A DNA stretch of 64,000 nt. It comes from Mobula hypostoma. Lineage: Eukaryota. How positions within the stretch are numbered: the stretch's first letter is position 1; each line of letters begins with the position of its first letter. Shown in pieces: positions 36,901-50,487 of the stretch. The notes under the pieces were generated by a model that worked only from the letters and a program-made list of their open reading frames with translations, was not told the origin of the DNA and ran no database searches. The DNA lies in NCBI RefSeq assembly GCF_963921235.1, contig NC_086098.1, forward strand, positions 155,806,001 to 155,870,000. The letters are read 5' to 3'. A program made the translations under genes and the position numbers.

Positions 36901-38435
36901 TAGAATTTGGCCTTAAACCACAGAATTAAGTTTTGACATAATTCACAGGAAACCGTCAAAGACTCTTTAAACGCCCGTTTTGTTCTTCCTCCAAGGAAAC
37001 GGGCACATGTTCGCCTCTACTTAAGTCCAACAATCGATTCTATTGCTGTCTCTTTGGCAGACTGGAATTACCGTTTGGAGGCCTTATGCCACTTATCTCT
37101 CCTATGCCATGAAAAAGTTTGGCAATGGAAAATCTTCACTGTAAATGCAATTACCTGCTAGCTTTGTAACCGCGCCACTCGCCACTGCCAATAATTCTCG
37201 TGTTATTCCCATCTAATGTTAAGTACAATGATATCATTTGAAACTGGAATTCCATGCCGGACTGAATAATGTCAGAGGAAATTAATACTTGTTTCACGAT
37301 ATGACTTAAAGATAAAGCGTTTAAACTTCGCCGCAATCGTCATCCGTACAGGCAGGTTAGTCTCGGTGAAGATGGCGATCGATGGTGCAGTAGGTTATTC
37401 TTACATATAGCAGCCAGAAATTTTGAATTGAATTGACTTAATTTCTTACATCCTTCATATACATGAGGAATAAAGATACTTACATTACGTTTCCGTCCAA
37501 ATGTACAATGTGCAATTTATTGTAATTTATAATACACGGTATCTATAAAAGGACAGTCAATGTAACTTAAAAATATAATTGCATCAGCAGGAATTAATCA
37601 GTCTGACTGGTCTGGTGGCTGAGCTGTCCGGGAGCCTCTGGTCCCGGCTTTTATGCTTTGGTACTGTCTCCTGGATCGTAGCAGTTGGAACAGTTTGTGT
37701 TTGGGGTGACTCGGGTCCCCAATGATACCTCGAGCCATTTTTGCACACCTGTCATTGTAAATGTCCTGAATAGTGAGAAGTTCACAGATGCGCTGGGCTG
37801 TCCGCACCACTCTCTGCAGAGTCCTGCGATTGAGGGACAGACAGTTGCCATACCAGGCAGTGATGCGGCCAGTCAGGATTAACTAGGCCAGTTGCTTTCG
37901 TTGCGTAACCCTGTGCCAAATGAACCGCGCCGTGGAACCTGACAACCAGTTGATACCCATTACAGTTACAGGATTGCCATTCATGACCGAAATCAAGAGG
38001 AAGCAATTTCCGCAAAGAAAGGAGAGGTGAGATGATCCATTTTTTCTCAAATTTCCGGTCAGTTTTCCCCCATCAGAAAACAAACGAAACGACGTTCCAT
38101 TTGAGATAAGTTTGCCATCTTTATTGAAACACTACAAAGAGTGATGCGGATGCAATAGTGACACCGTGGCTTTAGCTATGTTATTTGGTGCACCGAAACA
38201 AATTTCAGTTAATCTGGAGTCTTCAATCAACACTTGCTTTCTGTCAACAGATCAGAGTTTACGGTAAACAGCTCGTAAAGCTGAAGCTTCCGCTACGAAG
38301 CATGTTTGTTTTTTTAAAAAAAACATTCCAAAGAATAAAAGAAACAAATTGTCAAAAACTTTTCTTAGATCAGATAGCAAGTTTATGACATGAAACACAG
38401 CGGGATCTTGTGATATTTGCCCGTTGAGGGTTTGT
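33905..38435. repeat. Segmental duplication unit 2a (doubly deleted IgL cluster remnant)
   Basis: Aligns to 15676-16170, 14920-15530 and 16200-19550, then jumps to the 3' flank of a C exon (37880-38435). Confidence 0.8.
38391..38435 (-). pseudogene. IGLC: 45-nt remnant of an IgL C exon 3' end
   Basis: TNPQRANITRSRCVS vs C1 TNPLRANIARSRCT*; stop codon lost; followed by the homologous 3' UTR (37880-38390). Confidence 0.85.
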
Positions 38436-39844
38436 AGTATTCATAACAGGACAGTCAATATAACATAGAAATATAATTACATTAGCATGAATTAATCAGT
38501 CTGATTGGCCTGGTGGCTAAGCTGTCCCTGAGTCTCTTGGCCCTGGCTTTTATGGTGTCGTACCGGTTCCCGGATCGTAGCAGCTGGAACATTTTGTGTT
38601 AGGGTTGACTCGGGTCCCCAATAATACTTCCAGCCCTTTATACACACCTGTCCTTGTAAATGTCCTGAATAGTGAGATGACCACAGATGCGCCCGGCTGT
38701 CCGCACCACTCTCTGCAGAGTCCTACAATTGAGGGAAGTACATCTCCCATACCAGGCAGTGATGCGACCAGTCAGGATGCTCTCAATTGTGCGCCTGCAG
38801 AAAGTTCTTAGGATTTGGGGGCCCATAACAAATGAAAAGATACTTGGAAAGTTGTACCGTCTATATACTTGTCTCCGCTCCATGTGGCGGGTCAGGCCTA
38901 CTACCTTATTATAGGTCAATGGCTCTGCCTAATTCACCTACTTTGACCTCTACTACCGAAATCCCAGCACGGTAAGCCCTGGGTCTTAATTTAAAAGATC
39001 CCCCTTTTGATAGATATCTGCATCTGAGGACTTCTGACGTTAACTGATAAACATCAATCCACAGACAAGTGGTCACATCGAAATTACTGGCTTTCAGCCT
39101 TTCTTACCGGTTACACACACTGAGTGGAAAGCGTGGAGTTTCGTGCTATGTAGTGTGCAATGATTTCGTCAGTGGTTGGATGTGCGTCACGCAAATATGT
39201 CTCGGCCAATTGGTACCCTCACTGGAGTCTGATCCGTGAAAACTACCTGCCAGATTTGCTATAGTGTGAGGTGACTACAGTACAAAATTAGTTGGGTAAC
39301 CATAGAATTTGGTTCCTGGGTGGACTGAGTGAACCTGTAAAACAATAAATAACTGAAGGTCTTTCTCTTACTTGAAATAATCTTTTTATGATAAGTGGAA
39401 GATTTGCTGAACGTGTCAGAAAAATCACTCATGAAACGAGATGTCAGTATCAGAATCAGGTTTAAAATCATAGGTGTATGTCGTGAAATTTGTCGTTTTA
39501 CCGAGGCAGTGCATTGAAATACGGAATAAAAACTCGAATCTCTAATCAGCAACATACCCAACATTAAAGACATCTGTACTGCGAAAGTAGAAGTGAATTG
39601 AAAGTATTTAATCTCTTTGAAACCTAAGGTTAAGCCAAGCAAGCTATCGTTGATTTAAGGTGCGTGCAGCAACCTCGTAGCTAGTGAGGGTGCCAGCGAT
39701 GGCTTAATTCAATGTTCTGTCGCGTTTCAGACCACAGTGCTAAAACTAATTGACTGTCTACTTGCGCAGAAAAATTGTACGCTCACTGCACTCACTGTTT
39801 TAGAGAAATTATGCTGCCCTCATTTATTTGCTCGCTTATGTATT

Positions 39845-40100
39845 TATTTGTTTGTTTATGTGATAGAGTATGGAATAGACCCAGTGATCCCCCGATTTAA
39901 TCCTAGCCTAATCATGGTACAAATCAAAATGACCAGTTATCCTTCTAATCAGTACGTTTTTGGCCTGAGGGAGGAATCTGGAGCACCCGGTGGAATCCCA
40001 CGCGGTCATAGAGGGAACTACAAACTCCTAACAGGCAGAGATGAGAAATGAACCTGGTTCGCTGGTACTATAAAGCATCATGATAACCCTGACACTACGG
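39845..40100 (-). mobile_element. V-SINE / HE1-like SINE
   Basis: Minus strand gaccgcgtgggattccaccgggtgctccagattcctccc resembles the conserved V-SINE domain. Confidence 0.55.
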
Positions 40101-40971
40101 CGACGAAACTTCGTGAACCTTGCATGGATTTTCTGTTTTCTATTATTGCTCTGTAAGTTGACCTTTTCTATGCAATTGAATCTACTACATGATTTTTATT
40201 AAGTCTAGACTCATTATTCAAAGTCAATGAACAAATTGATTATTTTAAAAGGACGTCTGTCGGGAACATTATTTGAAGTTTACTTAAGGTTGTTTGGTGT
40301 ACAAACGAGTCTCTGATACAGAGTAAAACAGTGTACGAGTAAGAACGCTGAGGTTATACCTCCACTTCCTAGTCAGACCAAGTGTGCCCTGCATGGTACA
40401 CACGGTGGTTTACCTGCCACGATGCAAAAGCTCTTGACAGGACAGCTATCAAATCGGTGTTGCAAAATGATTAACTACGCCAGTTGCTTTCGTTGCATTA
40501 CCCTGTGCCAAATGAGCCGCGTCGTGGAACCTGAAAACCAGTTGATACCCATTACAGTTACAGAATTGCCATTCATGACCGAAACCAAGAGGGATTAATT
40601 TCCACAGAGAAAAAAGAGGTCCGATGATCAATTTTTCTCAAATTTCCAGTCAATTTTCCCCCATCAGAATGTAATAACCTTGCATTTGAGATAAGTTTGC
40701 TGACTTTATTGAACCACTACAAAGATGCAATAGTTGCATCCTGGCTTTAGTTATGTTATTTAATGCACCGAAACAACTTTCAATTAATCTGGAGTCTTCA
40801 ATCAACACTGGCTTTCTGTCAACAGAACAGAGTTTACAGGAAACAAATGGTAAAAGCTGAAGCTTCTGCTGCAAAGGACGTATTTTTTAAAAAAAAATAA
40901 TAACATTCCAAAGAATAAAAGAAACTAATTGTCAAAGAAATTTTCTTAGCTCGGCTGACAAGTTTATGACA

Positions 40972-41294
40972 TCAAGTACAGCGGGATCTTGCGATATTTG
41001 CCCGTAGAGGGTTTGTTTGGGTCTCGTGTTTTACCACACAGGAGTAAAGCTCGTGTGAGTTCCAGTCTGAGGCTTTCAATGTCAGGTAACTGCTCACGCT
41101 GAACGTGTTGTCCGTCTCCTGTTGCAGTCGGCTGTTCTCAACGCCGTTCCTTCTCGCGCTGCCGTCCACAGCCCACTCAATATCCACAGCTCCCGGATTA
41201 AACCCGCTCACTAAACACACAAGGGTGGCGCTTCCCTTCACCCTGATTTCGTCCGCTGAAGGGGGCAAGACCGATACGACTGGGGGCCGAGGAT
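40972..41294 (-). pseudogene. IGLC: IgL constant exon C2: intact frame and splice acceptor, but no VJ in its unit (orphan)
   Basis: 323 nt with 4 differences from C1; acceptor ccag|AT kept; J-C intron homology stops at ~42640. Confidence 0.85.
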
Positions 41295-43285
41295 CTGGTT
41301 TAAAAAAACCGGGGCGGTTAAGTAAAGGCCAAACAAACGATTTCACATAGCACTGACACTTCCAATGCAATTAACCAGAACGTTTTTTTCTCTACCCCTT
41401 TCAGAATAAGAAATCCATACCAACTGTTTAGATACCACAAGAATTTTCATTAAGGTTGTTGGAATGAATCCAACACTACGACAGGAATTACTTGTTTCAG
41501 TGCATTCTCACGGTTAATAAACAGGAGAGAACGACATAATTTGTGAAGCGCATAATTGTACAAAGGTAATTGTTCTCTATTTCCGTAGCTTTCTCACGCA
41601 GAAGAACCAATTAGTCCTCGGGAACCCTAAAGTTCAAGAAGTGCGATGCTAAATAGTTAAGTAGAAACATAAAATTGTGAAATGTGAGCTGTACTGATTC
41701 AATATTCCAAATTTTAAACCTTCTGTAATTCCGTTTAATGTTTGAAAGCTATCAGTTCTGATCTCCCTTCGTGCTTTAGTTTGAAAACCTGTTGAAGCTG
41801 GAAGTAGATTTTTCAAATTAGTAATATGATGTGGTAGAATCTTTTCCTAACTTAATAAAGCAATTAAATTGTTAATGTTAAGCTTTAATATTGAACAAAA
41901 TGACCTTGAACAGCTGAACCTGTGATAAAAAATAAATCCCGTTGTGAAAATATACGAGGAAAACGCAGATACGGAAAATCTGAAATAAAGTCTAAAAGTG
42001 ATGGGATCACTCAACAGTTTTATACACTCTACATGTGGAAAGAAAAACGGACGAAATATAATAGGCCAGTTCTGAAGTATCGTAGACAGAACACGTAGCC
42101 TAATTTCGCTCTCTAGAGATCCTATATGTTAACTGTGTGTACGCGGTCGCTCAGGAATGGAATCATCCTCTATAGTTCATTTCTTTCATGTATTCGATTC
42201 TTCTTGGTGCCACAAACTCCTGTTGGGTTGATTTCTATGTTTCGTCCGAAGTAGACAGCTTTCATTACAACTGAGATTTTGAATTGTAAGACAACGGGAA
42301 CAACGACTGCGCGCAGCGGCTGGGATCGGATGGCACCGGTTACAACCTAACCAGCATAAATATTTCTTGATTTCCATTTATGTAGAGATACAGCGCCGAA
42401 TAGGCACTTTCTATTCCGCACCGCCCCGCAACCCCTTGAGAATCCCAATTGAACCTAAACCAATTAATTCTAATTATTTGACAAGGGATGGCAATAAGAT
42501 TGCAAATTGTATAAAAGGCTTTAGTATGTTCGATATTTCCGGGGACATAGAAGGACGCTCAAAATAAACTCGGCTCAACATAAGCCATGCACACTATTCA
42601 TATGCTCTTACTAGTCTCGGGAATCCATTTTTAGAATCGCCATTCATAGTCATAGTCATAGTCATACTTTGTTGATCAAGGGGCAAACTGGTTTTCGTTA
42701 CAGTTGCAGCATAAATAATAAATAGTAATAGAAATAATAATAGTAATACTACTATTAGTAAATAGTAATAGTCATGGAAATAAAAATAGTATTAGAAATA
42801 TTAAGCTGTTTTCCTGGTTTTGCCACCAAAGTTGATAACCTCGCATTTATCCACATTAAATTGCATCTACCATGAATTTGCCCACTCACCTAACCTATCC
42901 AAGTCACACTGCATCATCCTCCTCACAGCTAACACTGCCGCCCAGCTTCGTGTCATCCGCAAACTTGGTGATGCTGCATTTAATTCCCTCATCTAAGTCA
43001 TTAAGATATATGGTAAACAACTGGGGTCCCAGCACTGAGCCTTGCAGTACCCCACTGGTCATTGCCTACTCAGTTCCTCCATCTCACTGGACCCTCTGTC
43101 CCCTACTATTTCCGGAAGATTATTCATGTCCTCCTTAATGAAAACAAAACCAAAGTACTGACAGAGCAAAGACAGAACTGGTGCACTGACCAAACAGGAA
43201 GTGATCAACATCGGCTTTAAACAGTACTCGCAGACTTCGCCTCCACCGCAGTTTGTGGAAGAACATTCCACAGATTCACTTCTCT

Positions 43286-43748
43286 GTTCAGGTCACTCGA
43301 CTGAGTGCTACTGGTGCCATGTAACCCAGTACTACCTGTCGCATGGTCGGGTGGTCGGCGACTGAACTGGCTCTCCCACCAGGCTTGCCTGGTGAGGAGG
43401 GTGGCTAGACATCCGCAGGGCGAAAAACAAGACCTGTCAAAGGGTGAATGAACCCTCTCGTAGGGTCAACAGCCATCTGGCAAACACGTGCTGTGAGGAG
43501 TAGAAAGGGCATCCCTTGCATCGAAGCTTGGTCTGGCCATTCACTGCAACAGAACTTCCCCCAGCCGTCTTGGACCCCACCAGTTCCGGGAGGGAATGTC
43601 GAGAGGGTGGGTCTGGACGTGCGCAACCCCCTACTCACCGAAAATCCACTCAGTCACACGCTGTTCCTTTCCGAGGAGTGGGGTACCACTCCACTAACTG
43701 ACTGAAAGGAACCATCATCATTCCATGGGATGGATAGCCAAAAAGAGA
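43286..43748. mobile_element. Interspersed repeat insertion (possibly an RTE-type 5' region)
   Basis: Interrupts the CR1 3' end and is absent at the paralogous position ~28495; family assignment tentative. Confidence 0.4.
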
Positions 43749-45999
43749 CTCTTTGCTGAAAGAAATTCCTGTATGCCTCTGTTCTAAAGGGTCGCCCCTC
43801 AAATCTGAGACTGTTCCTTCCAGTTCTGGATACCCCCGCCATGGTAAACATCTTCTCCACATCCACGTTATCTAGTCATTTCAATATTCGATAGGTTGCG
43901 ATACTGATACATGTGACTCGTGCTTCTCCATGTATGAATTAATCATATTATGATCATTGCTTCCTAAGGGTTCCTTTACTTTAAGTTCCCTAATAAGATC
44001 CGGATTATTACACAACATCCAAATCTGAGATAACCTTTCCAAGAGTAGGATCAACCAGAAGATGCTCCAAAAATCCATCTTGAGGGCATTCAACAAATTT
44101 CCTTTCTTGTAATCCGACACCAAGCTGATTTTCCTAATCTCTCTGTACATTGAAGACCCCGTTGCAATCGTGAAGTTACTCTTATTACATGCGCTTTCCA
44201 GAACCCTTTGCAATCTCAACCCCACCTCTTGGCCACTATTTGGAGGCCTATATATGATTCCCATAATGGATTATTTTTACCCTTGCAGTTTCTTAACTCC
44301 ATCCACAAAGATTCAACATTCTCTGTCCCTGTGACACATCTTTCTGAAGATGTAATTCCATCTCTTACCAGCAGAACCACACCAGCGCCTATGCCTTCCT
44401 GCCTGTCCTTTCGATGCAAAGTATATCCTTTGATGTTAATCTTCCGACTAAAGCCTTCCTTCAGCCACGACTCAGTGAAGCCTACAACATCATACCGACC
44501 AATCATTAATTGCGCAGATTGCAATGGCTGTTGTTGTATTAAAATGACAGGGTCGAATTTAGCCCAAAAAAACGATCTTTGGCATATGGAAATGTGAGAC
44601 CATTTATGCCTGCGTCCTATTCATCAGGGAGAACATTTTGATTAGAGTTGTTGCTGAATTTCTCCTGTCGAGTTCTTATTACATTGGCCCTTCCATTTCT
44701 CTTTCTTTCCCTGGACTGCAGGGGAGGGAGTGGATATTAGTGATCGGTCCCGTCCATTTGCATATTTAGAGGGTGAAAGAGGAAGTGGGCCTACTGGGAT
44801 GTACTCATTTTTGCGCTATTCTCGATAATAACGCTCTGGCCTCTGATTGTTCCCTCTGTCCAGGAAGTAGTATCTTGGTCTAAAACTTTCTTATGCAAAG
44901 AAAGGTGTGGGGCCAAAGGGAATGGCCTATACCTAGTGTCTAGCAATCTAGCCTGAGAGTGAATATCTCTTCCTAAGGCAGGTGGTCTCCAGGGAACTTG
45001 TTCAGTTTGATAATTACATTTCCTTTCTGAGATGTTGGTGTAGCAGAACGCTGTGAATGCGATTGATCTGTGGAATGAGGCTGATTTGATGACTTTGTTA
45101 TTGACCCTAAGCTCCTAAATTGCCTTTAGAGGGAAATGGGGACGGTTCTATGCCGGCTCCTCTTTGTCCAATTACAGGTATGACCGTCAATCCTGCTTCC
45201 ACTATGTGGGTGCATAGGATCTCTTCAACAGCCTGAAATCGTTCATGTATTGGGTGTTGAGTAACAGCGATTCCTCAGAGGTGATCAGACTTTCACTAGG
45301 GTTATAAAATGAACTAGGTCCGAGTTTGCCGTTGTTCTTTCTTCTCTGGACTTACAGGCAGTCATTGAGCCCTGGGTTTGATTATTTTACTCAATGCACT
45401 ACTGTCTTCTGGGTACATTGGCACAATTTATTTGTTTGTAAATCCGTGCACGTATCTAGCATGGATTTCCACACTGTTGTGGAGGTGTTGCCTAGGCTAT
45501 GAGAAATAACATGAATAAAAATTGCTGAATATGCAGGAAAGTATGTCTGACCCAGAAGGCCTATAACCTCTGGCATTCCTTCGGCATCAGCAGGAGACGA
45601 GTCACATAAATGCCTGCAACCTCTGAATAGTCAACGGTCCAAAGATTCGATGGGAAGTTTGTTCTGGACAAATTGCAGCAGCTCCCTATACAGGAACCTG
45701 TTTCTGCATTCTTCATTTACTGGCTATAGTAAATCTTTTTAGAAATTCTAGAGCATGGTCCCTAGCATCGGTTCTCCAGGCTTCATTAGTACCTCTAGGG
45801 CTTACTGGTGTGGGCACTATCTCATTTGTGCCTGGAAGGAACGCATAATGTCCCAATGCATTGTGATCAAGATATGGGTCACCAGGTTCTACCACATAAG
45901 CATGAGATCCCAAGCTGGGTCAATTTGTTGTCTTCAGGCAAAATTATTGCTATATTCTGGAGCTCTGGCACAAATTCTGATGGTCCGCACACCCTACAG

Positions 46000-46745
46000 T
46001 GGGGTTTCATCTATCTAATGCATTTTGCTCTCTGCTCTACCCTTTCATCATTCCAGTGTCTAACATCCACGCTCACCACATCTTCCTGTCGCATTAACAG
46101 TGATAGAGTTTCTCCTGTTCTTACCTATCACCCCGCGAGCTTCCACATCCAATACATCATCCTCTGCAATTTTTCCATCTCCAAAGGGATCCCACAGACA
46201 AACACACCTTTCCCTATTCCTCCCCTCCCCCCCGACTCTCTATTTTCCGCATCGATCGCTCCCTCCCGATTCCCTTGTCCGTTCATCCCTCCTGGCACTT
46301 ATCCCTGCAAGCAGCCCAACTACTGCACCTGCCCATTCACCTCCTCCTTTACCTCCATTCAGGGACCTAAACAGTCCTTCGAGGTGAAGCAACGTTTCAG
46401 CTGGAATCTTCTGGGGTAGTCTATTGTATCTGGTGTACCGAATATGGCCTCTACATTGATGAGACCCGTCGTGAACTGGGGGAACCACTTCGTCGAGCAC
46501 CTCCACTCCATCCACCAAAAGCGGAACTTCCCTGTGGCCAAGCATTTTAATTCCGCCTCCCGTTCCCTTTCTGACATCTCGGTCCATGGCCTTCTCTTGT
46601 GCTAAGATGAGGCCAATCTCCTGGGTGGAGGAAGAACGCCTTACAGTCACTCTGCGTAGCCTCCGACCTGATGGTATGAATATCGATTTCTCCTTCCAGT
46701 AAACAAAGCCTCCCACTTCTACTGCCCACGGTGCCTCTTACCTCT
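46000..46745 (+). mobile_element. Penelope-like fragment (RT thumb to GIY-YIG)
   Basis: VSPVLTYHP...PGTYPCK...CTCPFTSSFTSIQGPKQSFEVKQRF. Confidence 0.8.
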
Positions 46746-46929
46746 TCTCACCACAGGCAGGGCAGGTTAATCGTGTACGAAATGCAAACAAGATCTGCAA
46801 ACTGCGAGGTGTCACAGATTATTGTTTCAGTTCCATTGGATGACAAAGAAACTGGTGTTAGCTGTGATCCTTACCAGCACGAAAGGTTAATCCACAAATA
46901 ATGTGTTGGGAATTAGGTATGGTAAGTAG

Positions 46930-47290
46930 GGAAACGTGGATGGTGGTTTGCGTCCCAGATGCCAGGGTCCGCAATGTTTCTGAACGCTTTCAATAATATC
47001 CTGAGAAAGGAGGGTGAGCAGCCAGAAGTCGTGGTGCATATTGGAACCAATGACATAGGTAGAAAAAGGAAAACAGAATACAGGGAATTGGGAAGGAAGT
47101 TGAGAAGCAGTACCTCAAGGGTAGTAATCTCAGGATTGTTGGCTGTGTCACGCGACAATGCCGATAGGAATAGAATAAGGTGTCAGATAAATGTGTGGCT
47201 GAAGAATTAACTCAGAAGAGAGGGATTCAGATTTCTGGATAATCCGGATCTCTTCTGGGGCAGGTGTGACCTGTATAAATGGGACCTCTC
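46930..47290 (+). mobile_element. CR1 ORF1 SGNH-esterase fragment
   Basis: EGEQPEVVVHIGTNDIGRK motif. Confidence 0.75.
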
Positions 47291-48679
47291 CCTGCTTTAG
47301 TCTGTGGTTACCACCTGCTTTAGAAGACCACTACTATAATCTAAGTGCCCAAGTAAAACAAAATAAAGTACCAAAACAATTGCTGCCCAGTAGGTCAGCA
47401 ATCTGGGAGTTGTTTCAACTAATATAGCAGGGGGATGGAATCAAGTATGATAGAACTGAGAATGAACTTAGAAATAAAAGTGCACAGCTAGTAACTAGGA
47501 ACAAAAAAAAACGGGCGTAGAAGTGGGGACGGATCGACCAACAACAGTAAATGCGTGATGGGGGCGTGTAAGTGTTAAATCTGGGGCATTCATATTATTT
47601 TCTGAATGACTGTAATTTTTTTTATACATGTAACCAGGGCAGCCAGGCCTGCGATTAGAATTAAGTGAGTAAAACTAAAATTTGCTACTAATTTATTACG
47701 CAATAAATGAGTTGATGTATTTAATCCAGGTTAGGCATTCAGATGAGTAAATTGAATTCGGTGTATTGTGCATGTTTTGACCGAGCAAGGTATGAATATA
47801 TTAACCGGAGAATGTCAGTGTTGAAGGTCAGTTTAATCCTGGGTACCGCTATTACTTACAAGATCTTGTTTTACAGTTGTCTATAGATCAGAATTTTGGC
47901 ACGATAACGTATCGAAAAAGACTGCGTTACCAGACCTGCTTCATGTATGAATAAGAAACAGTTACTTAGACTCTCGCACGGTCCAAGACGACTCTGTTAC
48001 ATCCAACACTGTACTTCATGAGAAGAAACACCCAGTGCCACACCCGCCTAGACTGGCACCTTCCAAATTATGTCATCGTCCATGAAAGGCCACAAAAAAA
48101 AAGGTGTCGTAGAGTCATTAAACCTTGAATCGCTATTTCGACTCTCTCTCCACGAACCGCAACAGGAGTCTCCCTATGTTTTGATCCCAATATCCAGCTC
48201 TCGGATTCTGTCCTTCTTCCCATGTCGTTTCAGACGTTAATCTGAACATTTTTATATGTCATTCGGATCTCTTTCTCAGCAGATCATTCCAGTGTTCAGC
48301 CATCTTCAGAGTGAAAACAAAGTTTGTGCGAGTTCCGTCAAAGTTTCATAACCCTTGGCTTCAAACTATCCCTTGTGGTCACATTCACAAGTGCTAAGGA
48401 GGGGATGTAACTTTCAATACCATTTACAAAGCGTGTCATAACAGTTGGGTGGACTTTGAAATGCCATCTAAGAAAACAGACAAATCCAAATGTAGAAATG
48501 ACCGCTGCCATCATCCACAAACACCCTCCTCGCAGCAGACGAGAAGCTGCAATCCACATCACTATGTGGGTTACAAACAACCGACATGAACATCACCATG
48601 ATGTCCTCTGCTCAATGAAAATACATTAATTTGCTGAGTAGAAAATGCGGATGATATCCTAAATACAGACATCGCCTAC

Positions 48680-50085
48680 AAACTGCACGATGTGTCTGAC
48701 TTTTGCTCCGCTATTTAAGAAGGGTGGGAGGCAGCAGAACGGAAACTATAGAACTGTTAGCCTGACATCAGTGGTTGGGAAATTGTTGGAATAGACTGTG
48801 AAGGATGGGCTTACGGAGTAGCTGGAGGCACAGGACAAGATAGGCCAAACCCAGCATGGTTTCTTGAAAGGAAAATCCTGCCTGACAAACCGACTGCAAT
48901 TCTGTGAGAAAATTACAAGCAGGGTAGACAAAGGAGATGCAGTAGTCGCGGTGCACTTGGATTTTCAGAAGGCCCTAAGGTGCCACACATGAGGCTGCTT
49001 AGCAAGATAAGAACCCATGGAATTACAAGGAGGTTACTTGGCTGGACGGCAGAAATAGAGAATGGGAATAAACGGATCCTATTCTGGCTGGCTGCCGGTT
49101 ACCAGTGGAGTACCACAGGGGTCGCTGTTGGGACCGTTACTTTTTTCCAATGTATGTCAATGATTTGGTCTACGGTATTAAATTGATTTGTGACTAAATT
49201 TGCCGATGTTACAATAATAGGTGGAGGAGTGGGTAGTGTTGAGGAAACAGAGACCCTGCAGAAAGACCTAGATAGTTTAGGGGGAATGGGCAAAGAAGTG
49301 GGAAATGAAATACAATGTATGGCCATGCATTTGGTGGAAGAAATAAACAGACAGACTATTACTTAGATGGAGAGAAAATTCAAAATGCAGAGATGCAAAG
49401 AGACTTAGGAGCCCTTGTGGAAGATTCCCTAAAGTTTAACCTCCAGTTTGAGTCGGCTGTGAAGAAGACGAATGCAATGTTGGCATTCATTTCTAGAGGT
49501 ATAGAATATAAGAGCAAGGATCTGATGTTGAGTCTCTATAAGGCCGTTCGTGAGACCACACTTGGAGTATTATGTGCAGTTTTGGGCTCCTTATTTTAGA
49601 AAGGATACAGTAAACTGATATTGGAGAGGGTTCAAAGAAGATTCACGAGAATGATTCCAGGAATGAGAGCAACGTCTGGCAGCTCTTGGGCTGCATTCCC
49701 TGGAGTTCAGGTGAATGAGGGGGATCTCAGAGAAACATTCCAAATGTTAAAAGGCCTGAACAGATTAGATATGGCAAAGTTATTTCCCATGATATGGGAT
49801 CCTAGGACAAGAAGACACGACTTCAGGATTGAAGGACATCCTTTTAGAACTGAGATGTGGAGAGATTACTTTAGTCAGAGGGCGGTAAATCTATGGAATC
49901 TGTTGCCACTAGCGGCTGTGGAGGTCAAGTCACTGGGTGTATTCAAGGCAGAAATAGATAGGTTCTTGATTAACCAGGGCATCAAAGGGTATGAAATGAA
50001 AGCAGGAGAATAGGGATGACTGGATGATGTGGATCAGCCCAAGATCGAATGGTGGAGGAGACTCGATGGGCCGAATAGGGACGAG
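48680..50085 (+). mobile_element. CR1 RT fragment with 3' end
   Basis: GKSCLTN, VPHMRLL, ERVQRRFTRMIPG; 3' gactcgatgggccgaat. Confidence 0.85.
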
Positions 50086-50487
50086 GAGAGGTACGTGTAG
50101 AATACAGACAGGAATTATGTTTGTGAGGTTGGCTTTCTGAACTCGGTGTCAGATGTGGCAGGTCCTGGAGACTCCCAGCCTCCAGGAGGTTATCCCGGAG
50201 CAGATGCTAGAGAGTACCCCAGTGGCTGTCGCCCTTAACAATAAGTACTTTTGTTTAAGTACTGTTAGGGGAGACGGCCTACCTGGGGGAAGCAACAGTG
50301 GTCGCGCCTCTGACACAGAGTCTGACCCTATGGTCAGAAAGGTAGGGAAAGGAAGAGAATGGCAGCAGTGACAGGGGACTCTATAGTTAGGGGGGTCAGA
50401 CAGACGGTTCTGTGGACGCAGGAAAGAAACGGGGAGGGCAGTTTGCCTCCCAGTTGCCAGCGTCGGGGATGTTTCTGATCACGTCCA

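Larger units (their letters stand above)
38436..45190. repeat. Segmental duplication unit 2b (C exon kept, leader-VJ deleted)
   Basis: Aligns to 19195-19583 plus 22401-25545, then to 28390-28630 and 31610-32920. Confidence 0.85.

Noticed and set aside
45200-46000. Several 60-90 aa ORFs in non-repeat-looking DNA
   Set aside because: No motif or splice structure I could recognise; cannot assign without a database search.
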